From Octopus sinensis (lineage: Eukaryota): a stretch of 64,000 nt of DNA. Of the stretch, positions 14,290 to 27,334 are shown piece by piece. The first letter of the stretch is position 1, and each line of letters opens with the position of its first letter. The position numbers and the translations under genes are program-made. The notes beneath the pieces were generated by a model. The model saw only the letters and a list, made by a program, of their open reading frames with translations, was not told the DNA's origin and searched no databases. The stretch lies in assembly GCF_006345805.1 (NCBI RefSeq), contig NC_043023.1, forward strand, positions 3,162,001 through 3,226,000, in the 5' to 3' direction.

Positions 14290-16090
14290 GTTTAATTATT
14301 AATAGTCACCAACGTTCTCTATGACTTCTTTTCATCTGTGAATGAGCTTTTCAATGCCACATTCATAAAATTTTTTAGATTTAGAAATGGAAAAAGAAAT
14401 TAACTCAGTTTTGACTTCTGCTCTTGAAGAAAATCCGAATCCACTCAGATGATTTCGTAAACTTGTAAACAGATGATAATGTGTAAGAGCAAGGTCTGGT
14501 GAATATGGTAGATGGTGCCAAATTTTTCAAGGTGGTCTTTGGTTTTTTGTGCAGTGTGAGGTCTAGCATTATGATAAAGGATGATTCTTTCGAGTGAGGT
14601 TGTTACCAGTGCTGCTGGACTAGCTCCTGTGCAGGTGACACATAAAAAGCACCATTTGAGCATGGCTGTTGCCAGTACCACCTTACTGGCCCTTGTGCCG
14701 GTGGCACGTAAAAGCACCCACTACACTCTCAGAGTGGTTGGCGTTAAAAAGGGCATCCAGTTGTAGAAACTCTGCCAGATCAGATTGGAGCCTGGTGCAG
14801 CCATCTGGTTTGCCAGTCCTCAGTCAAATCGTCCAACCCATGCTAGCATGGAAACTCTCCTTTACTCTTTTACTTGTTTCAGTCATTTGAGTGCGGCCAT
14901 GTTGGAGCACCGCCTTTAATCGAGCAAATCGACCCCAGGTCTTATTCTTTTGGAAGCCGAGTACTTATTTTATCGGTCTCTTTTGCCGAACCGCTAAGTG
15001 ACGGGGACGTAAACACACCAGCATCATTTGTGAAGCAATGCTAGGGGGACAAACACAGACACACAAACACATACACACACATATATATATATACATATAT
15101 ACGACAGGCTTCTTTCAGTTTCCGTCTACCGAATCCACTCACAAGGCTTTGGTCGGCCCAAGGCTATAGCAGAAGACACTTACCCAAGGTGCCACGCAGT
15201 GGGACTGAACCTGGAACCATGTGGTTGGTTAGCAAGCTGCTTACCACACAGCCTCTCCTGTATACATATATACGACAGGCTTCTTTCAGTTTCCGTCTAC
15301 CGAATCCACTCAAGGCTTTGATCGGCCCGAGGCTAGAAGTAGAAGACACTTACCCAAGGTGCCACGCAGTGGGACTGAACCCGGAACCATGTGGTTGGTT
15401 AGCAAGCTACTTACCACACAGCCATGATGATGATGATGATGGTCGTTTTTGCTGTAAAGCTGTTTTCAAATGTGTTAGGCATCAGCAGCCTACATCAGTC
15501 ATTATTGTTTAATCATCATCCATCAGCTCATAATGAGTTATTTCCCACATATCCCCATCATACACTCAGAAGAATCTTCCTTGGGTGAAGGCCACTTCTG
15601 GACTGCTGAGTAAGCTCTTCACCGTGAGCGAATCACTGATGTTCTTGCTTAACATTATGGTAAAGGATCCATTTTTCATCCAGTAATGATTCTATTGTGG
15701 AGGCACGTGGCTTAGTGGTTAGGGTGTCAGCACCGTGATCATAAGATTGTGGTTTCGATTCCTGGACCAGGTGACGTGTTGTGTTCTTGAGCAAAACACT
15801 TCATTTCACGTTGCTCCTGTCCACTCAACTGGCAAAAATGAGTAACACTGCGATGGACTGACGTCCCGTCCAGCTGGGGAACACATATGCCATAGAAACC
15901 GGGAAACCGGGCCCATGAGCCTGGCTAGGCTTTAAAAAGGGCACATTTAGTTTTTCATTTAATGATTCTATTAAAAAATAGCCCTACAGCTCATGAATGC
16001 ATAATGATGTACAACAGTAAACATGTTGTCAGAAGAGGGATCATGCAGGACCCTTTTTCCAACCTTTCATATTTCACCAATCCCTTTTAA
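14290..16090 (-). mobile_element. Fossil mariner (Tc1/mariner) transposase interrupted by several retroposons
   Basis: Motif remnants NRIITG, GLHPRKILLSV, LYHNARPH and LPYSPDLA across stops and frameshifts. Confidence 0.8.
15697..15959 (+). mobile_element. tRNA-derived SINE inserted in the mariner fossil, 13-bp TSD
   Basis: A/B-box-like head (gtggcttagtggtt...ggtttcgattcc); TAATGATTCTATT on both sides. Confidence 0.85.
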
Positions 16091-16533
16091 TTCATGATGA
16101 ATAGGGGTAAGGCTCAGGCTGAGCCCATCCTTAGTTGTCAAACTGTAAGTCAAGCTTACTTCAACAATGGCTCCCCATGCAGCAGGATTCGACCCTTTTC
16201 AGCCCCCTTCTCTTGATTCCTCCAGTAGACTGGAATCCCCATTTCTGAATCATCCTCTCCATAGTCTTTCAGTCACTATGCCTTGTGAGTGGATTTGGTC
16301 GATGGAAACTCAAAGAACCCCATCATATATATGTACATATATGTGTGTGTTTATGTTTTTTAATGTAAGCATGCGCAGGAGTGGCTGTGTGGTAAGTAGC
16401 TTGTTTACCAACCACATGGTTCTGGGTTCAGTCCCACTGCATGGCACCTTGGACAAGTGTCTTCTGCTATAGCCTCGGGCCGACGAAAGCCTTGTGAGTG
16501 AATTTGGTAGACGGAAACTGAAAGAAGCCCGTC

Positions 16534-16568
<35 letters not shown>

Positions 16569-17206
16569 CGTGTGTGTCTGTGTTTGTCCCCCTAGCATTG
16601 CTTGACAACCGATGCTGGTGTGTTTATGTCCCCGTTACTTAGCGGTTCGGCAAAAGAGACCGATAGAATAAGTACTAGGCTTACAAAAGAATAAGTCCCA
16701 GGGTCGAGTTGCTCGATTAAAGGCGGTGCTCCAGCATGGCTACAGTCAAATGCCTGAAACAAGTAAAAGAGTAAAAGAGAAAACAGACCAATAGAATAAG
16801 TACTAGGCATCCAAAGAATAAGTCCCGGGGTCGAGTTGCTCCATTAAAGGCAGTGCTTCAGCATGGCCACAGTCAAATGACTGAAACAAGTAAAAAGTAA
16901 AAGTATGCCCAAACAAGTCAAATGCTTACACAGAGCAGGTTTTACAGCCACATCATCCAAAGCGACCAGGTGAAACCGGGCTTGCTACACTTGCTTTATT
17001 CCCTTTTACAAATTCATCAAGAATAACATTACGCGTATTTTCTTCGCTTGGAGGGATCATGGGACCAGTATAACAACTACAAATTTGATAAAATTAGCAA
17101 AATCTGAAAGGTAAGGAACTCCTTACAGTGTGTCCTTCTGCTATACAACATATTGCTAAACATGCCAGTGAAAACAAGAAGACATTCTACTCCAGCCATG
17201 TTACAC

Positions 17207-17930
17207 CTCTTTTACTCTTTTACTTGTTTCGGGCATTTGACTGCGGCCATGCTGGAGCACCGCCTTTAGTCGAGCAAATCAACCCCAGGACTTGTTCTTT
17301 GTAAGCCCAGTACTTATTCTATCGGTCTCTTTTCTCTTTTACTCTTTTACTTGTTTCAGGCATTTGACTGGGGCCATGCTGGAGCACCACCTTTAATCGA
17401 GCAAATCAACCCCAGGACTTGTTCTTTGTAAGCCCAGTACTTATTCTATCGGTCTCTTTTCTCTTTTACTCTTTTACTTGTTTCAGTCATTTGACTGCGG
17501 CCATGCTGGAGCACCGCCTGTAGTCGAGCAAATCAACCCCAGGACTTATTCTTTGTAAGCCCAGTACTTATTCTATCGGTCTCTTTTCTCTTTTACTCTT
17601 TTACTTGTTTCAGTCATTTGACTGCGGCCATGCTGGAGCACCGCCTTTAGTCGAGCAAATCAACCCCAGGACTTATTCTTTGTAAGCCTAGTACTTATTC
17701 TATCTGTCTCTTTTGCCAAACCAATGCTGGGAAGACAAACACAAACACACGCATATATATATATATACATATATATACGATGGGCTTCTTTCAGTTTCTG
17801 TCGACCAAATGCACTCACAAGGCTTTGGTCGGCCCAAGGCTATTGTAGAAGACACTTGCCCAAGGTGCCACGCAGTGAGACTGAACCTGGAACCATGTGG
17901 TTGGTAAGCAAACTACTTACCACACAGCTA
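17207..17930 (-). mobile_element. Same SINE family with its 3' tail tandemly repeated four times (127-bp period)
   Basis: ctcttttactcttttacttgtttc at 17207, 17334, 17461, 17588. Confidence 0.9.
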
Positions 17931-19149
17931 CTACTTTGCCTTCATTTGCCAGTTCTTCAAAGAACCCCCGCTTTCTCAGGTGCTGCTGTATTATATGGCC
18001 CATATATCAACTACTTACTTGGTAACAAAGAAGTACGCACAGCTATGATTATTGTCATCATCATTATTATTGTTGTTATTATTATTATTATTAGCGTCAA
18101 GGTGGTGAGCTGGCAGAGTCATTAGCATGCCAGGCAAAATGTTTAGTACCATTTCATCAGTCGCTACATTCCGAGTTCAAATTCCCTCAAAATCAAATTT
18201 GCCTTTCTTCCTTTTGGGATCAATAAACAAGTACCAGTTGAGTACTGGGGTGGGAGTCAATGTAATTGACTTACACCCTCCCCTGAAATTTGTACCTATA
18301 GTAGAAATGATTATTTTAATCTCTACATCTATGCTTGCATGTGTCAGATGGAAAATCTAATGTATTCAAACTTATATATATCAATATTCTATTGGTCTCT
18401 TTTGCCAAACCAATGTTGGGAAGACAAACACAGACACACAAACACATATATATATATACGATGGGCTTCTTTCAGTTTCCGTCGACCAAATGCACTCACA
18501 AGGCTTTGGTCGGCCCAAGGCTATTGTAGAAGACACTTACCAATTCTTGTGGTTGAGTCCCTTTGCGGATCTATATCTAGCGTAAGAGCGTCTACATAGT
18601 GGATCCTCTCTCATAGTTGTGTATATATATATATGGAGAGAGAGAGAGAGAGAGAGTGATTGATAGATTTTTGTGTATGTGTATATGGATATATGTGTAT
18701 CAAGTTTTGTGTTTCAAGCTTTAGATAATAATTCAAACAAATTACATATGAAAGTTAGTCCTTCATCAAAATATATCCTAACAAATTCTATTATGTGACA
18801 CCACACGGGCAATTTTACAAGGTACTGCCATGAGGGCTTTACACCACCAGAAGGATCGATCTTAACACTTCTGCTTCAGAGTACAGGCTTTCTTGAGCAC
18901 AACAAGGTGCCAAGGACTCAATCCAAATGTGGAGTATTCTCTGGTACATTACCACTCTGATTTCCAGTACTCAGAGTTACTCATTTCCGATTATCAGCTG
19001 TTTGGATACTTTCTGAAATATGAAATAAAAGTTTGAAAACACTTATCCTTATGTCCTTTTGCTTTAAAGCCTTTGTGAACGACACATGCAAATACAGCTG
19101 CTTCAAGGTTATATTTTGCATTCCATTTCTGGTTCTCATGGTTATCGTT

Positions 19150-19530
19150 GGCGCCCTTTTGTCTCGGGAGACTATGGAGTTGTGCATAAACTAATCCAGT
19201 CTGGTTTTTGCATTTCATGTCCTCTCCAGTTTTGCGCAGGCCTGCACTAGATGTAAGAAAATCCTGAGTAGCACAACCGTCCGGATTCCTCTTTCCACCT
19301 TGCTGGCATAGTCCAAAGTGGTGCGAAGCATTATGTTTGGCACCAGCTTGGTTGCAGGAGCTGCCGGAAGAGTGTTGAGTTGAACACTAAACCACCTACA
19401 GGGCTCCACTCCAGATTTCTTTGAAGGTTGTCTCCTTTCCGTAACCCTGGATAGGGGCCCATTCCGAGTACTGTCAGCCGGCGCCAGCTGAGCCTGGAAC
19501 TCGTGTCAGCCAGGGTCGTCTCTCCCTGAA
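19150..19530 (+). mobile_element. Probable RTE LINE 5'-UTR fragment
   Basis: ttttgtctcgggagactatggagttg...tttggcaccagcttggttgcaggagctgccgg resembles RTE 5' UTRs as I recall them; not verified by search. Confidence 0.45.
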
Positions 19531-20308
19531 GTAGTGAAGAAAATCGCTACCCACTATCTCATGGTAATCTATATCAACAAAAGCAAAATTCTGTCTGTCT
19601 GTTCGGACCCCTGTATCTCAGTCTACATTTGCTCTACATAAACATATTATACCTTTTGGGAATCAGAATGATCCCAAGATTGAAACCTGCCCTTCATTCT
19701 GTTCTTGAACATCCATCATTGGGATCTGACTTAAAAGCATTTGGGTTGCTATTTCTAGCAGGTAAAGCTTGGCTGATTCATGTAAAAACACCCACTACAC
19801 TCTCAGAGTGGTTGGCGTTATGAAGGGCATCCAGCTGTAGAAACTCTGCCAGATCAGATTGGAGCCTAGTGGAGCCTTCTGGTTCGCCAGACCTCAGTCA
19901 AGTCGTCCAATCCATGCTAGCATGGAAAGCGGACGTTTGTCTGATGATGTTAAAGACCAAGAGTGAGAGAAATGACATTTGCTTCGTTAATTTTATGCCA
20001 AGATAAGAACTTTGGAACAAATTGGCCAACAGTTGGAATTCAACTTGGAACTCAAACAGTAGAATGATTGCATTAAAGAATCAATTCTTCTCCATCCTTA
20101 ATCTCTGATCAAACACCACTAGGGGCCTATAGTCATTAGAGACATATTATGGTCATGCTATTTAGCCCACTTTAGTTTGGGGCTGTAGGCCAAATTATCC
20201 TTCCGCAAGAGTAAAAGTCCACATTGTGTACAGCCTTCAGACTAGTATTATTATAAATGTTATAAGCTCCATACACTCAAAATCCTGAAACTGTTTGTGG
20301 TTTAAATA

Positions 20309-20991
20309 TGGGATGGAAGCACTCCGTCGTTTACGACGACGAGGGTTCCGGTTGATCCGAATCAATGGAACAGCCTGCTCGTGAAATTAACGTGTAAGTG
20401 GCTGAGCACTCCACAGACACGTGTACCCTTAACGTAGTTCTCGGGGATATTCAGCGTGACACAGAGAGTGACAAGGCCGGCCCCTTGAAATACAGGTACA
20501 ACAGAAACAGGAAGTAAGAATGAGAGAAAGTTGTGGTGAAAGAGTACAGCAGGGATCACCACCATCCCCTGCCGTAGCCTCATGGAGCTTTAGGTGTTTT
20601 CGCTCAATAAACACTCACAACGCCCGGTCTGGGAATATGAAATAAAAGTTTGAAAACACTTATCCTTATGTCCTTTTGCTTTAAAGCCTTTGTGAACGAC
20701 ACATGCAAATACAGCTGCTTCAAGGTTATATTTTGCATTCCATTTCTGGTTCTCATGGTTATCGTTGGCGCCCTTTTGTCTCGGGAGACTATGGAGTTGT
20801 GCATAAACTAATCCAGTCTGGTTTTTGCATTTCATGTCCTCTCCAGTTTTGCGCAGGCCTGCACTAGATGTAAGAAAATCCTGAGTAGCACAACCGTCCG
20901 GATTCCTCTTTCCACCTTGCTGGCATAGTCCAAAGTGGTGCGAAGCATTATGTTTGGCACCAGCCCTACCACTGGGCCATTGCGCCTCCAC
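20309..20991 (-). mobile_element. Same SINE family, TSD GGTTTAAATA, carrying a 331-bp foreign insert
   Basis: TSD at 20299-20308 and 20992-21001; 20634-20964 copies 19017-19347. Confidence 0.85.
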
Positions 20992-21025
20992 GGTTTAAAT
21001 AATGCTTTAATGTAATACTTGAAAG

Positions 21026-22370
21026 CAGTGGTTCTCAAACAGGGTCCACATGGCTCCTGAGTGTCCATATAAGATTTTAGGAGATCCATGTAAGAAAACA
21101 GTAAATTGGGGATCCAATAGCATCTTAGGGCCCCTCAAAAAATTTTGCTTTGGGTGTGTGTATTGGTGTGTATTGCAAGAAACAGCTGGGTTTATTTCTC
21201 TAACATTTTACAGAGTTCTACCAACACAAGTTTATGGGTGAAAAATTAGTTTTTAAACATCAAATGGTTATGGGAACCCACCAGAATAAAATGATAAACA
21301 AAGGGGGTCAATGCAAGCGAAATAGTAAATTGAGGATTTGGTGTAGTATTTTAAGGGTCCATGATAAATCTTTGCTTTTTACAGGGTTCCACCTTCACAA
21401 GTTAATGTGAGAAAGCAAAATAGGAATTTGGAAAGAAATTTCCATAAAACTAGTTTTTAAGTATCAAAAGGCTATAGGGGTCCACCAGAACAAAATATTA
21501 ATCAAAAGAGGTCCACATGTAAAAAATAGTTAAATGGGGATCTGTGGTAGTATTTTATGGGTCCACTCTCGGAGTTGTTGGCATTAGGAAGGGCATCCAA
21601 CTGTAGAAACTCTGCCAGATCAAGACTGAAGCTTGGTGCAGCCATCTGGTTTAAGGGTCCACTCTCGGAGTGGTTGGCATTAGGAAGGGCATCCAGCTGT
21701 AGAAACTCTTCCAGATCAAGACTGAAGCTTGGTGCAGCTATCTGGTTTAAGGGTCCACTCTCGGAGTGGTTGGCATTAGGAAGGGCATCCAGCTGTAGAA
21801 ACTCTTCCAGATCAAGACTGAAGCTTGGTGCAGCCATCTGGTTTGCCAGCCCACAGTCAAATCGTCCAACCCATACTAGCATGGAAAGCGGACGTTAAAT
21901 GACGACAATGATGATGATGAAAAAATTGGTACTTTAGTTGTATTTACTGCAAGAAGCAGCTAGGTTTCCTTCTTTGATGTCTTACTGACACAACCGACAC
22001 AAGTTAATGGGTGAAAAGCAAAACAAGAATTTTGAAAGAAGTTTGTATAAAACTAGTTTTAAACATTGAATTGCTACAAGGGTCCACCAGAATAAAATCA
22101 TAATCAAAGGGGTCCATAGATAAAAAATGGTTGAGAACCCCTGTTTTAGATGTATGTATTGGTATGTATTGCAAGAAACATCTAGGTTTCTTTCTCTAAC
22201 AGTTTACATAGGACAACCTACACAAGTTAATGTGTGAAAAACAAAAGAGGAATTTTGAAAAAAGGTCCTATAAAACTTGTTATTAAACACCAAATGTTTA
22301 TGGGGCTCCAGCAAAATAAAATAGCAATCAAAGGGATCCGTAGATAAAAAATGGTTGAGAACCCCAGCTT
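21026..22370. mobile_element. hAT-like non-autonomous element with internal subrepeats and a nested 96-bp tandem trimer (21559-21850)
   Basis: cagtggttctcaa...ttgagaacccctg termini; repeated gggtccaccagaataaaat blocks. Confidence 0.55.
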
Positions 22371-22410
22371 TAAAGTAAAACATGGGCATAAATTGTTTTT
22401 TAATACAGTA

Positions 22411-22716
22411 ATCTTTATATATAAAACTGAAGTTGTGTGTGTGAGACTCTGTCTCCTCCGATTTAGATTCCTAACTACTCCCACATTTTGCGGTGCAGTT
22501 TAACCAAAAGCGGGTATCTTATAGTCGTGATTCATATCGAGCCCTTCTGGGTATTAGCGCGTTTACATTGAGTCTACGATTTAAAAAAAAATTTACCATA
22601 ACTTTTCCACATTTTTAATGATTTTTGCTCAGTTTATGTAAGGGAAGTAACTTTCTAAAAATGCTTATATAGTTATTTCCCTTACAAACCAGAGCATCGC
22701 CAGGCAATACTGCTAG
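22411..22716 (+). mobile_element. Non-autonomous Helitron-like element
   Basis: atctttatatataaaa 5' end; ccagagcatcgccaggcaatactgctag 3' end. Confidence 0.7.
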
Positions 22717-23636
22717 TTAAAAGTATAACTGTAAAACATTATTTAAACGTAAGACATTTGCAGGACTTCACACATAAGATGTTTGTAATAGTATTACCAC
22801 GAAAACCAGATACAAAATCAAAAGTATAACCTTGAAGCAGCCATTTTTTTGCTACTTGTCGTTCACAAAGGTTTTTTGAACAATAGAGCATAAAGATCAG
22901 TGTTTCCTTCAAACTTCCATTTCAAATTTCAAAAGCTTATCCAAATGGGGAATATTTCAAGAGAAAAGGAAGATCAATTTACCAGCTGATGATCGGAAAT
23001 TAGTAACTCAGGGAAATGGAGCCTTTCAGTAATAATGCATGTGTGTGTGTGTTCTTTTATCTTTTACTTGTTTCCGTCATTAGAATGTGGCCATGCTGGG
23101 GCACTGTTTTACTCTTTACTCTTATACTTATTCCATTCATTTGACTGCAGCCATGCTGGAGCACCACCTTTAGTCGAGCAAATCGACCCTGGAACCTACT
23201 TTTGTAAGCCTAGTACTTATTCTATCGGTCTCGTTTGCTGAACCGCTAAGTTACAGGGACGTAAACACACCAGGATCAGTTGTCAAACGATGTTGTGGGG
23301 GAAGGGGGACAAACACACACAAGGGCTTCTTTCAGTTTCCATCCACCAAATCCACTCTCAAGGCTTTGGCTGGCCCGAGGCTATAGTAGAAACACTTGCC
23401 CAAGATGCCACCACGCAGTGGGACTGTTACTTATCTATACATAATAAAAGATCTTGTCTGTGTGTGTGTGTGCCTGTTCTGTTTTTATGTATTTATGCTG
23501 TGGAATATAAACATGACAAAATTAGGCCAGCAACGTTTCCTTTGAAACTTGAAGAAAAAAGTCTTGGGTACTACTTACACCTATTACACTATTTTTTTTT
23601 TATGACAGGGTCAAACGCTTTAGTTTAACCGAGCCA

Positions 23637-25350
23637 ACTGGGAAATACAAGCAAGAAAAGGAACTTAGTTTCTCTACATAAGCTGAAATATAAAATTAAA
23701 AAACTATATTTTTGAATATTTTACTGAAAATGTACTGAAATTTTTTTTAATTCCAAAAAGTTAAAAAGTTTACGAGTGGTTATATGGGGTACTTAAACGA
23801 GAATTCCACCAAAAATCAAATTTTCAAATTAATTTTTTTTAATAGCATAAATGTTTCTATGGGGATAAAAATATTCAAAAACAATACACGTTAGAACCAA
23901 CTGGGAAATACAAGCAAGAAAAGGAACTTAGTTTCTCTACGTAAGCTGAAATATTAAATTAAAAAACTATATTTTTGAACATTTTACTGAAAATGTACTG
24001 AAATTTTTTTTAATTCCAAAAAGTTAAAAAAGGTTATGAGTAGTTATATCGGCTACTTAAATGAGAATTCTAACAAAAATCAAGTTTTCAAACTAATTTT
24101 TATTAATAGCATGAATGTTTTTATGGGGATAAAAATATTGAAAAACAATACATATTAGAAGCAACTGGGAAATACAAGCAAGAAAAAGGAACTTAGTATC
24201 TCTACATAAGCTGAAATATAAAATTAAAAAACTGTATTTTTGAATATTTTACTAAAAATGTACTGAAATTTTTTTTAATTCCAAAAAGTTAAAAAGTTTA
24301 CGAGTGGTTATATGGGGTACTTAAACGAGAATTCCGCCAAAAATCAAAATTTCAAACTAATTTTTTTTAATAGCATAAATGTTTTTATGGGGATAAAAAT
24401 ACATAAAAACAATACATAGAAGAAACTGGGAAATACAAGCAAGAAAAGGAACTTAGTTTCTCTACATAAGCTGAAATATAAAATTAAAAAACTATATTTT
24501 TGAATATTTTACTGAAAATGTACTGAAATTTTTTTTAATTCCAAAAAGTTAAAAAGTTTACGAGTGGTTATATGGGGTACTTAAACGAGAATTCCACCAA
24601 AAATCAAATTTTCAAATTAATTTTTTTTAATAGCATAAATGTTTCTATGGGGATAAAAATATTCAAAAACAATACACGTTAGAACCAACTGGGAAATACA
24701 AGCAAGAAAAGGAACTTAGTTTCTCTACGTAAGCTGAAATATTAAATTAAAAAACTATATTTTTGAACATTTTACTGAAAATGTACTGAAATTTTTTTTA
24801 ATTCCAAAAAGTTTAAAAAGGTTATGAGTAGTTATATCGGCTACTTAAATGAGAATTCTAACAAAAATCAAGTTTTCAAACTAATTTTTATAATAGCATG
24901 AATGTTTTTATGGGGATAAAAATATTGAAAAACAATACATATTAGAAGCAACTGGGAAATACAAGCAAGAAAAAGGAACTTAGTATCTCTACATAAGCTG
25001 AAATATAAAATTAAAAAACTATATTTTTGAATATTTTACTAAAAATGTACTGAAATTTTTTTTAATTCCAAAAAGTTAAAAAGTTTACGAGTGGTTATAT
25101 GGGGTACTTAAACGAGAATTCCGCCAAAAATCAAAATTTCAAACTAATTTTTTTAATAGCATAAATGTTTTTATGGGGATAAAAATACATAAAAACAATA
25201 CATAGAAGAAACTGGGAAATACAAGCAAGAAAAGGAACTTAGTTTCTCTACATAAGCTGAAATATAAAATTAAAAAACTGTATTTTTGAATATTTTACTA
25301 AAAATGTACTGAGCTTTTTTTAATTCCAAAAACTTAAAAAAGGTTATTAG
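23637..25350. repeat. ~263-bp satellite, ~6.5 monomers, trimeric higher-order repeat
   Basis: actgggaaatacaagc at 23637, 23900, 24164, 24425, 24688, 24951, 25211; monomers 2 and 5, and 3 and 6, share diagnostic variants. Confidence 0.95.
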
Positions 25351-25607
25351 CTGTTGTCATAAATTGATAAACAGACAGTTAATAGCTTTAAAATTTTTTA
25401 ATTCTCAGTTATTTTAGCCAAAAGTTGTAGCAGAAATTTGAAAAGACATTTTGAAATGACAATAATTGTGTATATAAAAAATATGGATATAAATTCTTTA
25501 AAATCCAACTATGCTAATGCAGTCAGTGAAAGTCTTATTCAGGTAAACAGAATTATTTCTTCTTTTAGAGGAGAAATGTATATAAAAAAACACAAATTGT
25601 AGCATTC

Positions 25608-25735
25608 TTATACTGATAGGTAGTTCTGGAGATATTTGTGGCCGAAGAAAAGGACTCCGACAACGATTGCATTAAAGATGAATGCACCAAGAATCTTTCT
25701 GACAAGCTCAGGTGTACTTAGTCCACGTTTCGGAT
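25608..25735 (-). CDS. Transmembrane and short-tail exon: (N)PKRGLSTPELVRKILGAFIFNAIVVGVLFFGHKYLQNYLSV*
   Basis: ttttattgttcatcaattgcag|ATCCGAAAC...; phase-1 start fits the upstream exons; 18-aa hydrophobic run ILGAFIFNAIVVGVLFFG followed by HK; TAA at 25608-25610 (a weak GTATAA donor just before the stop cannot be excluded). Confidence 0.72.
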
Positions 25736-26334
25736 CTGCAATTGATGAACAATAAAATATATAGCTACATTTATATATTTGTTTTACAAGAATTTTGATG
25801 TGAAATCGTGTGTTGAAACAGATATTGTTGTATTTCGGAATGGTCATTTTGCCAGTTTAGCCAATAAAAAAAGAGATACAAAATACAAAATGGCTGACCG
25901 TTGCTAAGGAGAGATACACAAATAAGAAAGAAGAAAGCAAAGGACCACTGATGAGGTCACAGGAGTGTGATGAAAGAACTCTGGCTGAAATAAGATTAAG
26001 ATTAATGTAAAAAATAAATAACACTGAAGCAAAGTAACACCAAATATATAGTGCGTGTGTTTTTATTGGCTAAACAGGCAAAATGACCATTCCTAAATAC
26101 AAAAATATATAGCCTTTGTTTTTAATAAAAAATAGTAATATCTCCCAAGCTTGACCATTTTCATATTAACCTATTAAAAAATACTTTCGTTTCTGTTAAA
26201 CAAATTCCAATTTAAAGTGATCTAAAGGAAAAGTCCCCATCAAAATTTCCAGTAACACTATGTTGCACACATTAGCTTGGTAATGACAAGGTTATTTTAC
26301 TAAAATCTTCATAATTTTCAAAATTTATTCATAC

Positions 26335-26682
26335 GGTCGGTCAGAACCCCCTTCGGTCACAACACAGACCATGGGATTGCATCTAGAATGTTACCTTCCT
26401 AGTCACAAGTCCGGGCAAGGTTGTTTATGGAAGACCAGCAGTCGCCCATGCATACCAGCCTCTCCTCTCCACAGCACTGATGTTATCCAAGGGAAAGGCA
26501 AAGGGGCCGATACAGCTTCGCACCAGTGACGTTGCAACTCATTTCTACAGCTGAGTGAACTGGAGCAACGTGAAATAAAGTGTCTTGCTCAAAAACACAA
26601 CATGCAGCCTGGTCCGGGATTCGAGCTCACAACCTCACGATCGTAAGCTCGATGCTCTAACCGCTGAGCCATGTGCCTTCAT
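26335..26682 (-). mobile_element. tRNA-head SINE with CORE-like body and RTE-like tail
   Basis: Head gaaggcacatggctcagcggttagagc with B-box-like ctcgaatcc; ttgagcaagacact CORE-like motif. Confidence 0.65.
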
Positions 26683-26779
26683 ACAAAAGCAATGTATTTC
26701 AACAGAAATATGGTAAGAAATAGGTTAACACACACCAGTATCCGAGAGGAGTATATCTAAAAGATTAGCTAATCCCCTT

Positions 26780-26982
26780 CAGATCAGTCCATGATTTAGA
26801 AGGGTTATATAAGATATGCAAAGGGGTTTTGACTTTCTTATTCTAGCACAGAAATGCAAGGTCAACAGATCAGTCCATGATTTAGAAGGGTTATATAGGA
26901 TATGCAAAGGGGATTGACTTTCTTATTCTATCACAGAAATGCAAGGTGAACAGATCAGTCTATGATTTAGAAGGGTTATATA
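26780..26982. repeat. ~86-bp minisatellite, ~2.4 copies
   Basis: cagatcagtc(c/t)atgatttagaagggttatata at 26780, 26866, 26951. Confidence 0.9.
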
Positions 26983-27299
26983 GCAAAAGGAAAGACAGGG
27001 CTTCTGTCAATTTTTGCCATTAATAATATTTTTCTCTTCAAATTCAACCTTCATGATTAACTGGAAAATGTCACTCATTTCTATAACAATTAAATAGTAC
27101 AATTGACAGATAATCCTAGGTAATGAAACTAACTAATCCATTTCTTGAACTATAAAAATATCCCACCAGGGATTTTTATAAAAACTTATCAATTCAAAAC
27201 AGAAAAGAAAATCTAAGACAGAAGCAAACCTTGAAATTGTCAAGTTACAAACTTTGAATTTGTGTAAATATTATGAAAATATTTGTACAGCTGTTGTTG

Positions 27300-27329
<30 letters not shown>

Positions 27330-27334
<5 letters not shown>

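Noticed and set aside
18994-19218. ITIM-like LVYAQL in a minus-strand ORF as a cytoplasmic exon of the receptor
   Set aside because: It lies antisense in what appears to be an RTE 5'-UTR fragment, no phase-compatible donor links it to the TM exon, and the TM exon has its own stop.
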